34,361 nucleotides of DNA. Origin: Atractiella rhizophila (Eukaryota). Every line of letters starts with the position of its first letter. Positions within the stretch are counted from its first letter, which is position 1. The notes under the pieces were generated by a model, which had not been told where the DNA came from, ran no database searches, and worked only from the letters and a program-made list of their open reading frames with translations. Both the position numbers and the translations under genes were made by a program. Below, in pieces: positions 10,276 through 23,000 of the stretch. The stretch covers positions 1 to 34,361 of the forward strand of contig MU271661.1 of NCBI GenBank assembly GCA_021432655.1, read 5' to 3'.

Positions 10276-12637
10276 ATGGGCAGGACGACACGACTGTCGA
10301 CGGCGGGGAGCACGGGCAGCAGGGAGAGCAGGGCCACCGTCGAGACATCGCCCGAGAGCTCCTCCCAGCACGACCATGCCCATTCGCATCCGCATGAGCG
10401 GGAGGAGGACGGGTCGAAAATTTCGAAATCGCCGACAGCTACGTGCAAGTTAAACGGCGAGGAGGAGGAGGAGGAGCGGAGCGGAGCGGGGTTGAGGAGG
10501 AGCGCGAGGACGAGAGCGAGGAGCGAGAAGTTTAGGGAGGCCGCTGGTGAGGCGCAAGATGAGGACGGGTTGGAGGTCGTGGAGATGGAGGATGAGGATG
10601 ATGAGGACTTTTCACCCTCCAAATCGGCCAAATCAACAAAGTCAAAAAAGGCAAAAGCAGAAGACAAGGAAAAGGAAAAGGAAAAGAAGTGGCAAGCTCC
10701 ACAATCCGGTGCGCCATTCCTCTCTTTGTTATTATATTTGGGTGTATTGAAAGGTGGTCGGTTGATTCGATAGAGAAAGAAGACGATGACCCACCATTCG
10801 CAACAACAGCAAGTTGGGTCTCCTCCCTTCCGCCCTCACTCCCCACCCTCTCCTCCCACGCCGGATCAGCCGCCGTCCCACTCTCCGTCCTCGCATCCCA
10901 GTCATCCCAATCCCAATCTCAATCTCAGTCTCAAGCGCCAGGCTTAATTCTAACGCCAATGTCGTTATCAATGCCAACGACCTACGCTTCATCCGCCGCC
11001 CCATATGCGGCCACGGCTACAAGACCGTTCGCTGCTCCCGCTCCCACCCCTCCTCCTTTTTCTTCGCCCGCGCTGGTCCCCAATCTATCGAGGGAGAAGG
11101 AGGAAATAGCTCCAACAGCGACATCACACGCAACAACAACAACAATAACAACGGAGACAGCCCCGCTAAACCAAGGTTCCATCCCTCCCACTCCCCAACC
11201 CACCAACCTCAAGTCCATGCACAACCGACACAACCGACACAGGCGCAACCACCTGTTCCGCACGCTGCTCAACTCACCTACCTTCGCGTGCGCCTTGCGC
11301 AGGCGGAAGTGTCGTTGGCGAAGGAGAAGAGGGCGTGGAAGAGGGCGGTGGTTGGGCTGTTGTTGGATGTGAATGCGAAGATGTTGGCGATCTTGAGTGA
11401 GGGCAGGAGCGGAGGGGGGGCTGGAGGGATGACTGCGGATGTTGAGAATGCGTGGGTTTTTTTTAATCTTTCTTTCTTTCTTTGCTTTGTGAGGGTTGCG
11501 ATGGATGTTGAGTGGATTGGGTTGTTGGGTAGGTTGAATGCGAGGATTAAGGAGAACCTCACGTTTTTGTTGCATGTGGCATCGACTGAAATTCTCCCTC
11601 ACCCACGCCTTCCACCCCTCAAAGTGCCGCCCAAGCCGCTCAGTCCCAACTCCCTCCCCCCTCCCTCCTCCCTCCACACCTCCTAACCGACCTTCCAACG
11701 CTACACTCGCCCACCGTCGTCCGTCTCGCCCAGTCCTTCTCCCAGATGAGACAGTTGCAAGAGAAGAGGGTGCAGTTGGAGAAGGGCGAGAAGGAGATGA
11801 GGGAAAGGGTGGGAAGCGTCATCGGTGCCATCACTGCTCAGGCTCAGGCTGCAGCACAGGCCGGGATGGGAAACGGAACGGGAACGGGAAAGATGGGTGG
11901 GGAGGTGTTGGGCAAGAGGGAGCGGAGTGGTGAGGATGTAGGCGGGAGTGGGCAGGCGGAGAAGAGGATGAGGGTGGATGGTGGTGGGGGTGGAGGGAAT
12001 GGAGGGACGATGGACTTGTCGGGTGGTGGACAGCTCCAGCCGGCGGTTTCTCAGCCTGTCCATGCGCCTCAGCAATCGTTTCCGCAGTCGACGTCACATT
12101 CCTCGACGCCGTCAGCGCTCCCTACGCTGGCGCCATCGACTTCAATAGCCTCAAACTTCCTTCAACAACCTTCGATCTCACAACCGTCGCCGTCACCAAA
12201 TCCGTTTGCCCAGTCACATCCTACCCTCCATCCCACCGTCCCTTCCTATCCTCAAGCATCATATCCTCAACCGAACCCCCAAAACGCTCATCCTTCCCCT
12301 CCAGTTCCCTCCAAACTCCAACGCGCCATTCCCCACCACGACCCATCAACCTCCGCCGGTCTCCGGCGCCATCTCCAACTCGAACCCGAATCCACAAAAC
12401 AACCACTTTCAACCCTCAAACTCGAACCCGGTCGCGGCAGGAATGAACCTCCAGCCGTCACATCCTGCCTCGAGAGCTCTCTCGGATCTGGCGGGGTTTC
12501 TTGCGTTGAAGAATAGCGCGAAGTGGGAGGCTCAGAGCGAAGAGATGAAGAGTACGATTAGGAGACATATCGAGAGGGTACGGGGACAGTTGAGGGAGAT
12601 GGGTGTCGATCCAAGTTTGGCAGGGATGTCAGGTTAG
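10276..12637 (+). CDS. Low-complexity, probably nuclear protein with a possible SSXT (SS18/Snf11-like) helical domain; three apparent frameshifts
   Basis: Acidic/basic N-terminal exon; introns 10709-10772 and 11452-11532; helical core LLDVNAKMLAILSE..LNARIKENLTFLLHVAS; P/Q/S-rich tracts. The protein-like frame switches near 11205, 11670 and 12305. Confidence 0.65.
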
Positions 12638-13098
12638 GTAGGAGTAGAGTGCACGATGCTCGATTGGTTCATTGCGTTTACGTCTGGATGTTGGATGATG
12701 AGAGGACGGTTGTGATCTGATTCGTTTGTGATTGTGAATTAAGCAAAGTACTTCTTATCACGATGTTATGATGTATGGTAATCGATGAGCACTGCTCGTT
12801 TTGTATTTCATCCCCTTTCAACTTGTCGCTGCCTGCCTGTAGCTACGTTGCTCAGTGCCGCTCTCCAAAACCGATCCTATGGAATAGCGATTGCTTGCGC
12901 AGCTTAACAGCAAGGTGATCGATGGAGAATCGAGATGGATATGGCTAATTGCTTAAGATTCAAGGTGGCATGATCAACCACCACCTCCTCCAACGCCGCT
13001 CATTCTTCCTAGCGAGACAGCTCACACGAGCGTTCCCTTCCCAACTTGAGATCCGTTACGCTCTGCCACGGTGGACGAGAAGCGAGAGTGCATCCAGA

Positions 13099-16000
13099 AT
13101 GGTGTCCTGGTCACCTAACACCCATTCTTAGTTGGTCTCCTTCATTTTATTTTGTCTTTGCTGGCGGAGTATCTTAGCAGCTGACATGTACGTTGAATTT
13201 GGTTGGATGTCCCGATTGCAGTCCGCAGACGAGGAGAGAAGAGAAAGTGGACACGTATCAGTCGACCCTGAAGGGAAAAGTGGAGGTGCCAGAGCCTTAT
13301 GGTTGGTTGGAAGATGATAAAACGGAAGAGTACAAGGCGAATTCGACTCTTCCCCTTTGTCGAATGGTATGCTGATATCTCGGTGGTGGGATAGGAATGG
13401 TGCGCGGCACAAGCAAAATATACAGAGGATTTCTTGGAAAATGTCCCCTCCCGCGCGAAGTTTGAGGTGTGTCTCCCATTACCCGTCCTGTCTTCTGTGA
13501 TGGACTCATTGGCCCCTCGGAATAGGAAGCGCTGAGAAAGGCGTGGGAATACGACAAGATCTCACTCCCGTCTCTCAAGCAGGACGGCTACTATTACTAC
13601 AACAAGAATCGCACTGATCCCCAATCCAAGATCTACCGGATCCACGAATCAACGCTCTCTCCTCAGAAGGGAGGAGGAGATATGTCCAAGATAGAAGGAG
13701 AGTTATTCTTCGATGTTCGTGTCTTTCCTCCCCCCCCTCGAAAAAAAAGTGAACCAAATTTATTATGCGTTGCGTTCCAGCCGAATACATTGAGCAAAGA
13801 TGGAACCGTTGCCCTCAAGTCCTCCTCTTTCTCTCCTAAAACAGCAAAATACTGGGCATACCAAATTAGTGTCTCTGGATCGTGCGCACATTTCTCTTCA
13901 CATCTTCCAGTGCCCCTGACTCATCCAATTGTGTATAGGGACTGGAGTACTATCCGGGTGCGTCATATGCCTTACAAAGAAGGCGCGGAAGAGGACGAGC
14001 TGAACGACGTCCGCTCCTCCTCCATCGGTTGGCGTTACAACGAGGAAGGATTTTTTTATTGCAAATATCCTGGCGGCGGGAGGAGCGATGGTGCCGCGTT
14101 ATACTACCATCGCATTGGCACTCCTCAGAGCGAAGATGTGTTGGTATACAAGAACGAAAATGAAAAGATGTGGTGGGATGCTCATGTGGAGCGAGCTGAA
14201 AACGGCAGATGGGCATTTCTCACCGGTAGCGACGCTGTTGGTCCTCTCCTAACTCCACCGTCCTTTGAAGTGATTGTTCTGTTGCGAATGGAATAGGCTG
14301 GACGCAAGAATTTGCTATACGCAGCGGATCTACAAGCTGGTCCTATTGGATCGGATCTGAAATGGCACAAACTCGCTGACGACATGAAAGCTAGTCGTCG
14401 CGTCGTATTCGTCCTCGATGGCATCGTTTATGTTGAAACAACGGAAGGCGCACCAAAGGGGAAGATTGTCGCTTTCGACCTCAGCGCTCTAGACAAGGTA
14501 AGCATAAACTTCTCCATTCCTTTCGTCCTCGATTATTCTGTACCGGTTAGCGCTTAGCACTGAGGTGATATGCGGGACTAGGGTGCCAAAGACCATATTC
14601 CGGAGAGGAAAGATGCAGTCCTTTCTTGGTCCCAGGTCGTGAACGAACGCAGCCTCATGCTCTGTTACAACAAGGAAGTGCTCGATCACCTCTACCTCTA
14701 CCCATCCCTCCCACACGCGCCTACCTCCTCAGCGGAAGAGATTCCCATCCCCCCTGCCTCCGTCGTACAATCCTTCACGGCGAGGGAAGAGGGGAGCGAG
14801 GCGTGGTTGTCAGTTGGCGGCATGACAACGCCTGCTCAAAAACTGCGACTCGTCTTTTCATCTGAGAAGGAGAAGGAAGAAGGAAGAAAAACGTGGGAGA
14901 TGCAAGATTGGGGGGCTGCACAGGTGGATGGACTCAACCCGGACGATTTTGAGTCGAAGCAGGTTGGTCATAGCACATCCTGTGGCAGTGGAGTGTTGAG
15001 AACACTCAACCGAATCGTTGTTCCTAGGTTTGGTACACGAGTAAAGATGGGACAAAGGTGCCTGTGTTCCTCACGAAGTCGAAGCGAGCTTTTGAATCTC
15101 AAGACGAACCATCAGCGTTAATCTATGGGTCTGTTTTACCCCTCTTGTTTTGTCCTCTTTAATCCCGTTCATGTGGTCCGGCGCGCAGGTATGGAGGTTT
15201 CAGCGTGTCCCTTACGCCTGCATTCTCAGTGCCGCGACTTCTTTACATACAGCATTACGGAGGATATCTCGCGATTGCAAATATCAGAGGAGGGGATGAA
15301 TTCGGAGAAGAGTGTGTCCTGGCCTTCTTCCTCCTCTCGGGAACCACTAAAAGTAGAACAGGTGGCATGAAGCAGGTATGAAGAACAAGTGCGTTCCATC
15401 TTTGATCTACGATATATACCATTCATCGTAGGAAATAGGAAGCAAAATGTGTTCGATGACTTTATAGCCTGTGCTGAATTCCTGCAGAGGGAATATAACG
15501 TCTCCCCTTCTCGAACTGCTATTCATGGGGGTAAGCTCCATCTCAGCTTACCTGCAACTGCCAGAATGAAACATAACGTACGAATGAGTACAGGATCGAA
15601 TGGCGGTTCGCCCACTTTCGCTGAATTTGAGGAAAGATGAAAGAATCGCAATGCAGGACTGCTGACTATGGCTTGCGCCAATCAACGTCCGGAGCTCTAT
15701 GGATCCGTCTTGTCAGAAGTACCCTTCCTCTTCTCACACTCAAATCTATCTTTGATGCAATCGCTGAGCTATAGGTCGGCGTGCATGACATGCTTAAAGT
15801 AATTTGCCTCCCCACTTGCATCTTATTGTTAGAACTAATACGACGCAACAGTTTCACAAATTTACAATTGGGCATTTCTGGAGAGATGAATACGGCTGTT
15901 CTGAGGACCCAGACGATTTCGACAATCTGATCAAGTCAGATTTTTCTCTCTTCATATTATTTTCACCTGAAAGGTTTATTGGGAAGGTATTCCCCACTTC

Positions 16001-16438
16001 ACAACGTGAATAAAGAGCAGGTTTACCCCTCCATCCTCATAACGACCGCAGACCATGATGACCGGGTGGTCCCTGCACATTCCCTCAAAATGGTTGGTCC
16101 TATTTCCTTCAGCAGACGATGGTTGATTACATTGGATGCAGATATCGACGCTTCAGCACGACCGTGCTGCGAATCCGGTAACGTTTCACCGTTGCAGCTC
16201 TTATTTTCACCATCACTCATTGACTCTTCATGATAAATTAGAATCCCCTCCTCGTTCGACTCGAGTTGTCGGCGGGGCACGGTGCTGGAAAGCCCACAGA
16301 AAAGGTTATACAAGAAGCTTTGGACAAGTATACCTTCTTGGTTCGTCTTATCCTCTGCGACTTCTCTCACTAATCTGAAATGTGAAGGCTCACACTCTCC
16401 AGAGGAAGTGGATAGAAGTATCTTCTAACAAGCAATAA
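13099..16438 (+). CDS. Prolyl oligopeptidase (peptidase S9A)
   Basis: Spliced N-terminus [94 protein letters not shown]. Catalytic motifs [15 protein letters not shown] and AGHGAGK are present. About 16 introns; stop TAA 16436-16438. Confidence 0.96.
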
Positions 16439-16654
16439 CAACTTGCTTTTACCTTATAGAAATGTCAGGCAATTATTTACTGTGACAAACGAAGGTCAAA
16501 AGACATGTTAAATTGTCACATCGAACCCGCATCTACTGAACGTGTTTGATAACTTGGTGCAGCATTTCCTCAGAATATCACATAAGACCATGTACAATTT
16601 CCCAAACGTCGTAAATTCATCATAGCTCCAATACATCAACATCCTGCAGGTCGT

Positions 16655-19189
16655 TTACACCACAACGGCCTCGCCGGTCCTCCTCAGAGCAACCTTGCGC
16701 TTCTGCTTGGACGCTTTCACCGGATTCGGCGCACTGAACACCTAGACCGCAACACCAATTAACAATTACACTGTTTGAGTTAACTAGTCCTACCTCGTCG
16801 AGCTCTTCAAGCGTGCGTCCTACAGTCTCAACGGCAATGAAGTACCAAATGGTCGCTGCAATGCAATCCCTACAATCATGTTCAGACAGGTGGCAAAGAA
16901 GGCGGAACACGCACCATCCAACGTAGACAATGACGTATCTCCAACCTAATGGAATAGTTAGCACTATCGTCATGAAATGGGAGGAACTATGTACCGATAT
17001 TTTCCAACCCGATAGGTGTGCAATACAAGCTGATGAAAGCAACGCAAGAGACGACGACAATCTAATGCAACAATTAGCCTGTCCAAAACAAACCTTCTCA
17101 CACACCTTCGCAGCGACACCCTTCGCTCTGATTCCATTTTCCAAGCATTCGGCTGGATAGAGAGACTGAAGTGGCGTGTAGGTGAACGCATATGAGATCT
17201 GGAAGAAGTAGAAGAAGGCAGCTCCCAGTGAGCCAAGCGGTTTACTCGTTGAGTGGGACGCTTCGAATCGAGCTCCTGCAGCAACATATGCTGCGAGACA
17301 AACCGCACAAGCAAAGGTACCAAGAGGTAACACTCTTCTGCGAGGCATTCGATCGGCGAGGAGGGAGCCGGTAACGGAGGCAAGGGCAGAGAGGCAGCTG
17401 CCTCCCAAGTTCATGGCAAAGCGCTCAGTATAACCATACCTGTATAGCTGTACCATAAGCGAGCGGCGGATGAAAATGAAGATTTCAGGACGAACCCAAG
17501 TGTTTCGTAAATATTCAATTGGAAGTAGCCCACTATCCTTTTATTAGTCAAGTTTCGACAGATCACAAGCAGCTTACGGCCATTCCCAGCAAATTGACCG
17601 CTTATTCCCATGAACGCAACCTGTTGCGGACCTCATCACCTTCCATCTGACATGAAACCGGCCACCGACTTACCATTGCGAATCTCCATCTTGCATTCTT
17701 TGTTGCGACCAATGGACGAACATCCCACCATCTCTTATCAGCAGCATCTTGCTTGATGTTCTCGTGGAACTCTTCAATCTCAAGCTTCACAAGAGGGTGG
17801 TTAGGGTCTCCATTGCCGTGATACTTGACAAGGAAATCAATCGCTTCTTGCTGCCGACCGTTCGCGTAGAGCCATCGCGGAGACTGTCACCGACATTATT
17901 GAGCTAGGTTTGCGAGAAACGAAGGGAAACGGACCTCGGGTAGGAGTAAACAAGTGCATATCACTAAATATGTCGTCGTCACCACCGGCTCAAATCTGAG
18001 GTGAAGGTACATACCCAAGGTAGCAGGCACTGCTTGTAAAATCAAGGGGACCCTCCAGCTCCAAGTGGAATTGACGAATGATGTCCCAAAAGTGATCTTG
18101 AATTGTTCAGCATCCTTAAGTTTGAACTTTCTGTTAATATAAAGTATTAACTTACAGCAGCAGCCTAGGTTTGGTTGAGTTAATATCTTGTCAACATGAA
18201 AGAGACTTACAGGAATGGCTCCTCCATTCCATCCGCTGTTGTACAAGCCTGTTATTTTTCCTCGCCAATGTGGTGGTGAGACCTACAAGAGATCTCGGAT
18301 GTGAGTACGTCTAAGGAAAGCGGAACAAAAGATATTACCTCAATGCAAAAGGTGGGGGCAGCGACGATAGCGAGAGCGATTCCGAAACCGAGAACAAATC
18401 TGCCAGCGATAAATTGCTCCTTGCTATGGGAGGAAGAGATGATAGCTGCTCCGACAATGATGGTCTATGCACAGGTCACATGTTTAGTTCTTCAAGCAAA
18501 GCTTGATCAGGAAATACACATACACAAGCACCCGCCAACATTCCGTATCGGCGCCCCCAACGATCAGATATGGGGCCAGCAAGAGTCAGTGCGCCAGAAA
18601 GTTGTCCACTTTACCATTAGCTTGATTTAGAAGGAGAACAAGTAGAAAAAAGAGAACAACGGACATTGTGTAAATGCTGAAGATGATGCCAGTCGACTTG
18701 TTTAAAGAGCCTCCACCAGGTGTAATTTCTGTGTGCTCAAGGTGAGAGAGTTTACTTGGTTAAGATGCGTGGAAAACGAACCTTGTTGATAATGCTTCAT
18801 ACCGTTGATGGCCGTCATGAGAGAACCTGGTCATGATTATCAGAGTAGGGTGAAAGAAGCCAAATGAAACTCACCGTCATATCCGCTGGTGCACGAGCAG
18901 AGAAAGGAGACAGCAGAGCAGGCATAGATAGTGAAAGCTGCTTTGCTCCATCGCGGAAGCTTTGCGCCTTCGAGCAAGGCCTGAGCATAGGCAGCTAAAA
19001 GCAACAAATGACTTAATCCACGCTCAAAGGAGTTAATGGAAGCTGCGCACCATTTCCTGCTTCTTCGACCCTTACAACTTCAGCTTCCGGGAGCGCAGTG
19101 TCGTCATATTTCAGATCTTGTGAGAATTTCTCGTCGGATCCAGAGCTGAGAGAGGCGTGGCTGGAAACAGGTGTCTTGACGGTCGCCAT
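16655..19189 (-). CDS. MFS sugar porter, lactose permease/cellodextrin transporter-like (copy 1)
   Basis: Spliced motifs GYDGSLMTAINGM, GRFVLGFGIA, PPHWRGKITGLYNSGW, WSWRVPLILQAVP, PESPRWLYANG..FLVKYHGNGD, YPAECLENGIRAKG, ETVGRTLEELDEVFSAPNPVKAS. Confidence 0.93.
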
Positions 19190-20065
19190 GTCTGAAGATC
19201 TCAAGCGGGCGAGCAACCTTCAAAAGCTGCCCCAGCACTTCGCTCTTTTTATACCTCCAAATGATTCCCTGCTGATGTCGATGTGGACACCTATTGGGGT
19301 AATTTCAAAGAGCAGGTTTGAAACCTTGGATAAATTCACCCCACGCCAAGTCGGAGTCTGCAATCCAGAAATTGGATTGCGGGGAGGAGCTTGCCAAGAA
19401 TGCTTGCTCTCCCATGAAGCTGGGACAAGGTACGGCGTCTGTGCCGATTTGAAAGTGTGCACTGACCTGTCATCTCGTCCGAACGAGTAGAAGTGAAAGA
19501 CACAGGACGCCGGGAGCACGTAAGACGTTGAGCTAAGCTCGCGAAATGCGAACAAACTCCTAACTGATGCGAAGAAGTCGGAGCACGATCACACAAGCAA
19601 AGGTGTGGCGCGGCTAGCGGTCCGAAGCAATATTAAGTGATCAAGAGACTTGTGAGGCATAAATTTTCTGCAAATAGGGGAGATACGAGATACAGCGTGG
19701 ACGAGTGGAGGGCAAGGTGTATTGCATCGATAGTTAACGACAGCCTGAGGTGGGGAGCGACCAGAGGAACGTGAAATGAAAAGGAGGTTGTTCGTAGAGC
19801 AAGGAAGTGCGAGGGCAGATGCGGTGGAGGCAAGCAACAGTCGAGAAAGGCAGCACTGGGCGGATTGTTTCATGGGGATGATTGTACTATGGTAAACTTT
19901 CGCTGTTTGTTAGAGCTTTCGCCGCTAGAAAGAAGAATACTAACTGTGCAATCCGTTTCAGTATAATTGCATAAACTCCACAGTAAGAAGGGCTCATAAT
20001 CGTCACTCAATACATACGCTGAATAATTCTTGACAAGATTTGACTCGGGTTTCCACTTCGATGGT

Positions 20066-23000
20066 CTAGCCACTTCTTCTAATCGCAACCTTCCTCTTCA
20101 TCTTGGATGCCTTGACAGGATTTGGAGCGTTGAAGACCTAGACAAAGTTTCATGAGCAAGCAGTCTTCAGTGCAACCTTCGAAGCCGAAGCACTCGCCTC
20201 CTCGAGTTCCTCTAAAGTCCTTCCAACCTGAGACAACGCATAGTGTGAGACAAGTCCACAACATTAGAACTGAAGGCTTCACCGTCTGGCAACTCTGTCA
20301 GTCATTTGCCGTGACAATGAAAACTGAGAACATACCTCAACCGCAATCAAGTACCATACAGCCGCTTCAAATACGTCCCTACTCGACTCCTTTGAGCCAG
20401 AAACCGAATAGACTTGGTGAACGTACCAAGCAGCATAAACGCAAACATATCGCCAAGCTAGTGAAACTCTCAGCTCTTTCTGAACAACGTGCAAACTACC
20501 TACCAATATTCTCCAACCCAATTGGCGAGCAATATATCGAGATGAAAGCTACCGCACTAACGATGATGATTTTCGCCTGTTCACAAAAGGGTCAAGTTGT
20601 CGACGTATGGAATGAGCAAAATGCTTACAGATACACCTTTCGCTCTAACTTCAGTTTGGAGACACTCGGCGGGATAAAGGGATTGAAGAGGTGTGTAAGT
20701 AAAGGCGAAGGAGCAAAGGAAGAGGAACCAAAATGCAGCCCCGGTTCTGGCAAGGTCTGTGTTTGCGGGATCGAGCTCGAACCGTGCACCAGCAGCGATA
20801 TATCCAGCGAGGCACAAGCCACAGGTCAAGCTGCCCAATGGGAGAACAGTCCTTCGTGGCATCCTATGAGAACCTAATCAGTACAAGTCACCACTTCTCG
20901 GGGATGACGCCAACCGATCCGCAAGAAGCGACCCTGTGATGCTGCACAGGGCAGAGAGAAGTGATCCACCCAAGTTCATGAGGAATCTATCCTCTGATTT
21001 AGCGTTTGCTGTCTACATTCATCGAGACACAGACCTTTGCGTGTAACCGTAGCCTATTTCGACATGAATGATTTGACTTGGTGGACATAGCTAAGACGTA
21101 CCAAGCGCTTCATAGATGTTGAGTTGATAATATCCTGCAGCGGCCATCCCGTCATCAAGTGCATGAGCATCAAGATTGGTGAGACGAACCCAGCCCATTT
21201 CCCGAAAACTGGAAAAGGTTAGCCAAACCACAGCAATCATATCAAGGATTTACCTGGCCTGCTATCGCCATAAATGCGACCATAGCGAACCTCCATCTTG
21301 CGGAATGTGTCCTGACAAGATCCCTCCAGTCCCACCACCTCTTATCAGCTCCGTCCTGTTTGATTGATTCGTGAAATTCTTCAATCTGCAACTTGACCAG
21401 CGCGTGGTTGGCGTTCCCATTGCCGTGATATCTAACGAGAAAATCGATGGCTTCCTGCTGCTTCCCATTGGCGTAAAGCCATCTGGGTGACTGCACCGCT
21501 CTCAGTGACTGGTTCTTCGTCTGAAGAGTTGCTTGAATAGCCCACCTCTGGAAGCCACAGCACCGTGGCAATGACTGTTAAGACGCAGCGACTTTAGAAT
21601 GGCTCACGGGCACAAGAAACACTGTACTAATGGTAGCCGGCAGTGCCTGCAGCAATAAGGGAAGTCTCCAACTCCAATTCGTATTGATATAGGACGTCCC
21701 GAACGTGAGCTTTTCCAGCATCAGGGGCAGCTAATGCAAAGCAGGAAGGGGAACGAACTGCTGCAGCCTAGAAGCAAGCGTGTGAGGAGAATAAAATAAG
21801 AAACAGAGAGGAGTCATACAGGTATCGCTCCTGTCATTAGGAGTAAATAGGTGATCAGGAAAGATACAAATAGAGAAGATCGTACCAAGGTGCCATCCAG
21901 AGTTGTAACAGCCAACGATTTTACCTCGCCAATGAGGTGGAGCACATTCCTGCAATCAGGTCTCAGCTGGCGTCCATTGACTCTCGAACCGTGTTTGGTT
22001 CGATTGATTGACATACCGTGACATATGTTGGCGCCGCAACTGGGGGGTCCTTCGTCAACACTTTGCAGTCACGCTGCGGACGAGAAGCGAACCTATAGCG
22101 AGTGCAATGCCAAAACCAAGGACGAATCTGCCACCAATGAACTGTGCCTTGTCATGAGATGAACACGTAAGCTGCAATCAAAGGGCTTTCAATACGTCGT
22201 GAAAGACAGCCCGACAGAATAACAAACCGCAGCCCCAAGGACGATAACCTGGTGCGACATCAACATGAGATTGTGACCAGCGGCAAAGCAACGTACCAAT
22301 GAGCCTATCAACATCCCCCACCGTCTCCCAAATTTATCAGAGAGGGGTCCTGCAGTTGATCGATTGTCAGAGTGAAGGTGAAGCAGATGGGTAAAGACAA
22401 CGATACCTGCAAAAGTTAGGGCTCCCGCTAGTTGACCAATCTGTTCCCCTGCTTAGACGCGTGCTATGCGCTAATAGAAAACAGAAAAGTACCGTGTAGA
22501 TGGCAAAGATGATGGAGGTAGATTTGTTGAGAGAACCCTCTCCCGGCGTGATTTCTAAGCAAGACTCTCAGAGTTAAGTAAAGTGGCGAGCGAGCGGAAA
22601 GACCTTGTTGATAATGCTTCATTCCGTTGATTGCGGTCATGAGAGAGCCTACCGACGCGGAAATCAGTCTGCTGAATTGTTTGAAAGTAGCGCGTCAAAC
22701 CATCATATCCTTAGAGGAGGTTAGTCCGAGTGTATACAGAGAGAAAAGAAAGAGATAGGCGCACCTGAAGTAGCGGAGACACTGTGCGCATTCCAGTCAA
22801 CCTTGAGTGCACATCAAGGGAAGGACATACGCGAGAGGCACCGCTGTACAAGCGTATATCTAGCCCCCAGTATCAACCTGAATCCATGCATAGGTGAAGA
22901 TGAACCTACCACCATGGCCGCTTTAGAGAACTTGGGGATATCCCCACCCTCCCTCAACGCAGCGGCAAGTGCCACATTCCTAGCCTCTTCCAGCTCCACA

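Noticed and set aside
10450..11160. Short tandem repeats (GAG)n, (TCYCAR)n, (ACA)n
   Set aside because: Ordinary coding microsatellites for poly-E, SQ and poly-T tracts; not CRISPR-like or element-related.
10254..12412. Long minus-strand ORFs (e.g. 10982-11698, 11701-12075)
   Set aside because: Antisense shadows of GC-rich, low-complexity coding sequence.
13099..16438. POPB-type macrocyclase of an MSDIN/amatoxin-like RiPP cluster
   Set aside because: No MSDIN-like or repeat-core precursor ORF and no tailoring enzymes were seen in the window; a housekeeping POP is the simpler reading.
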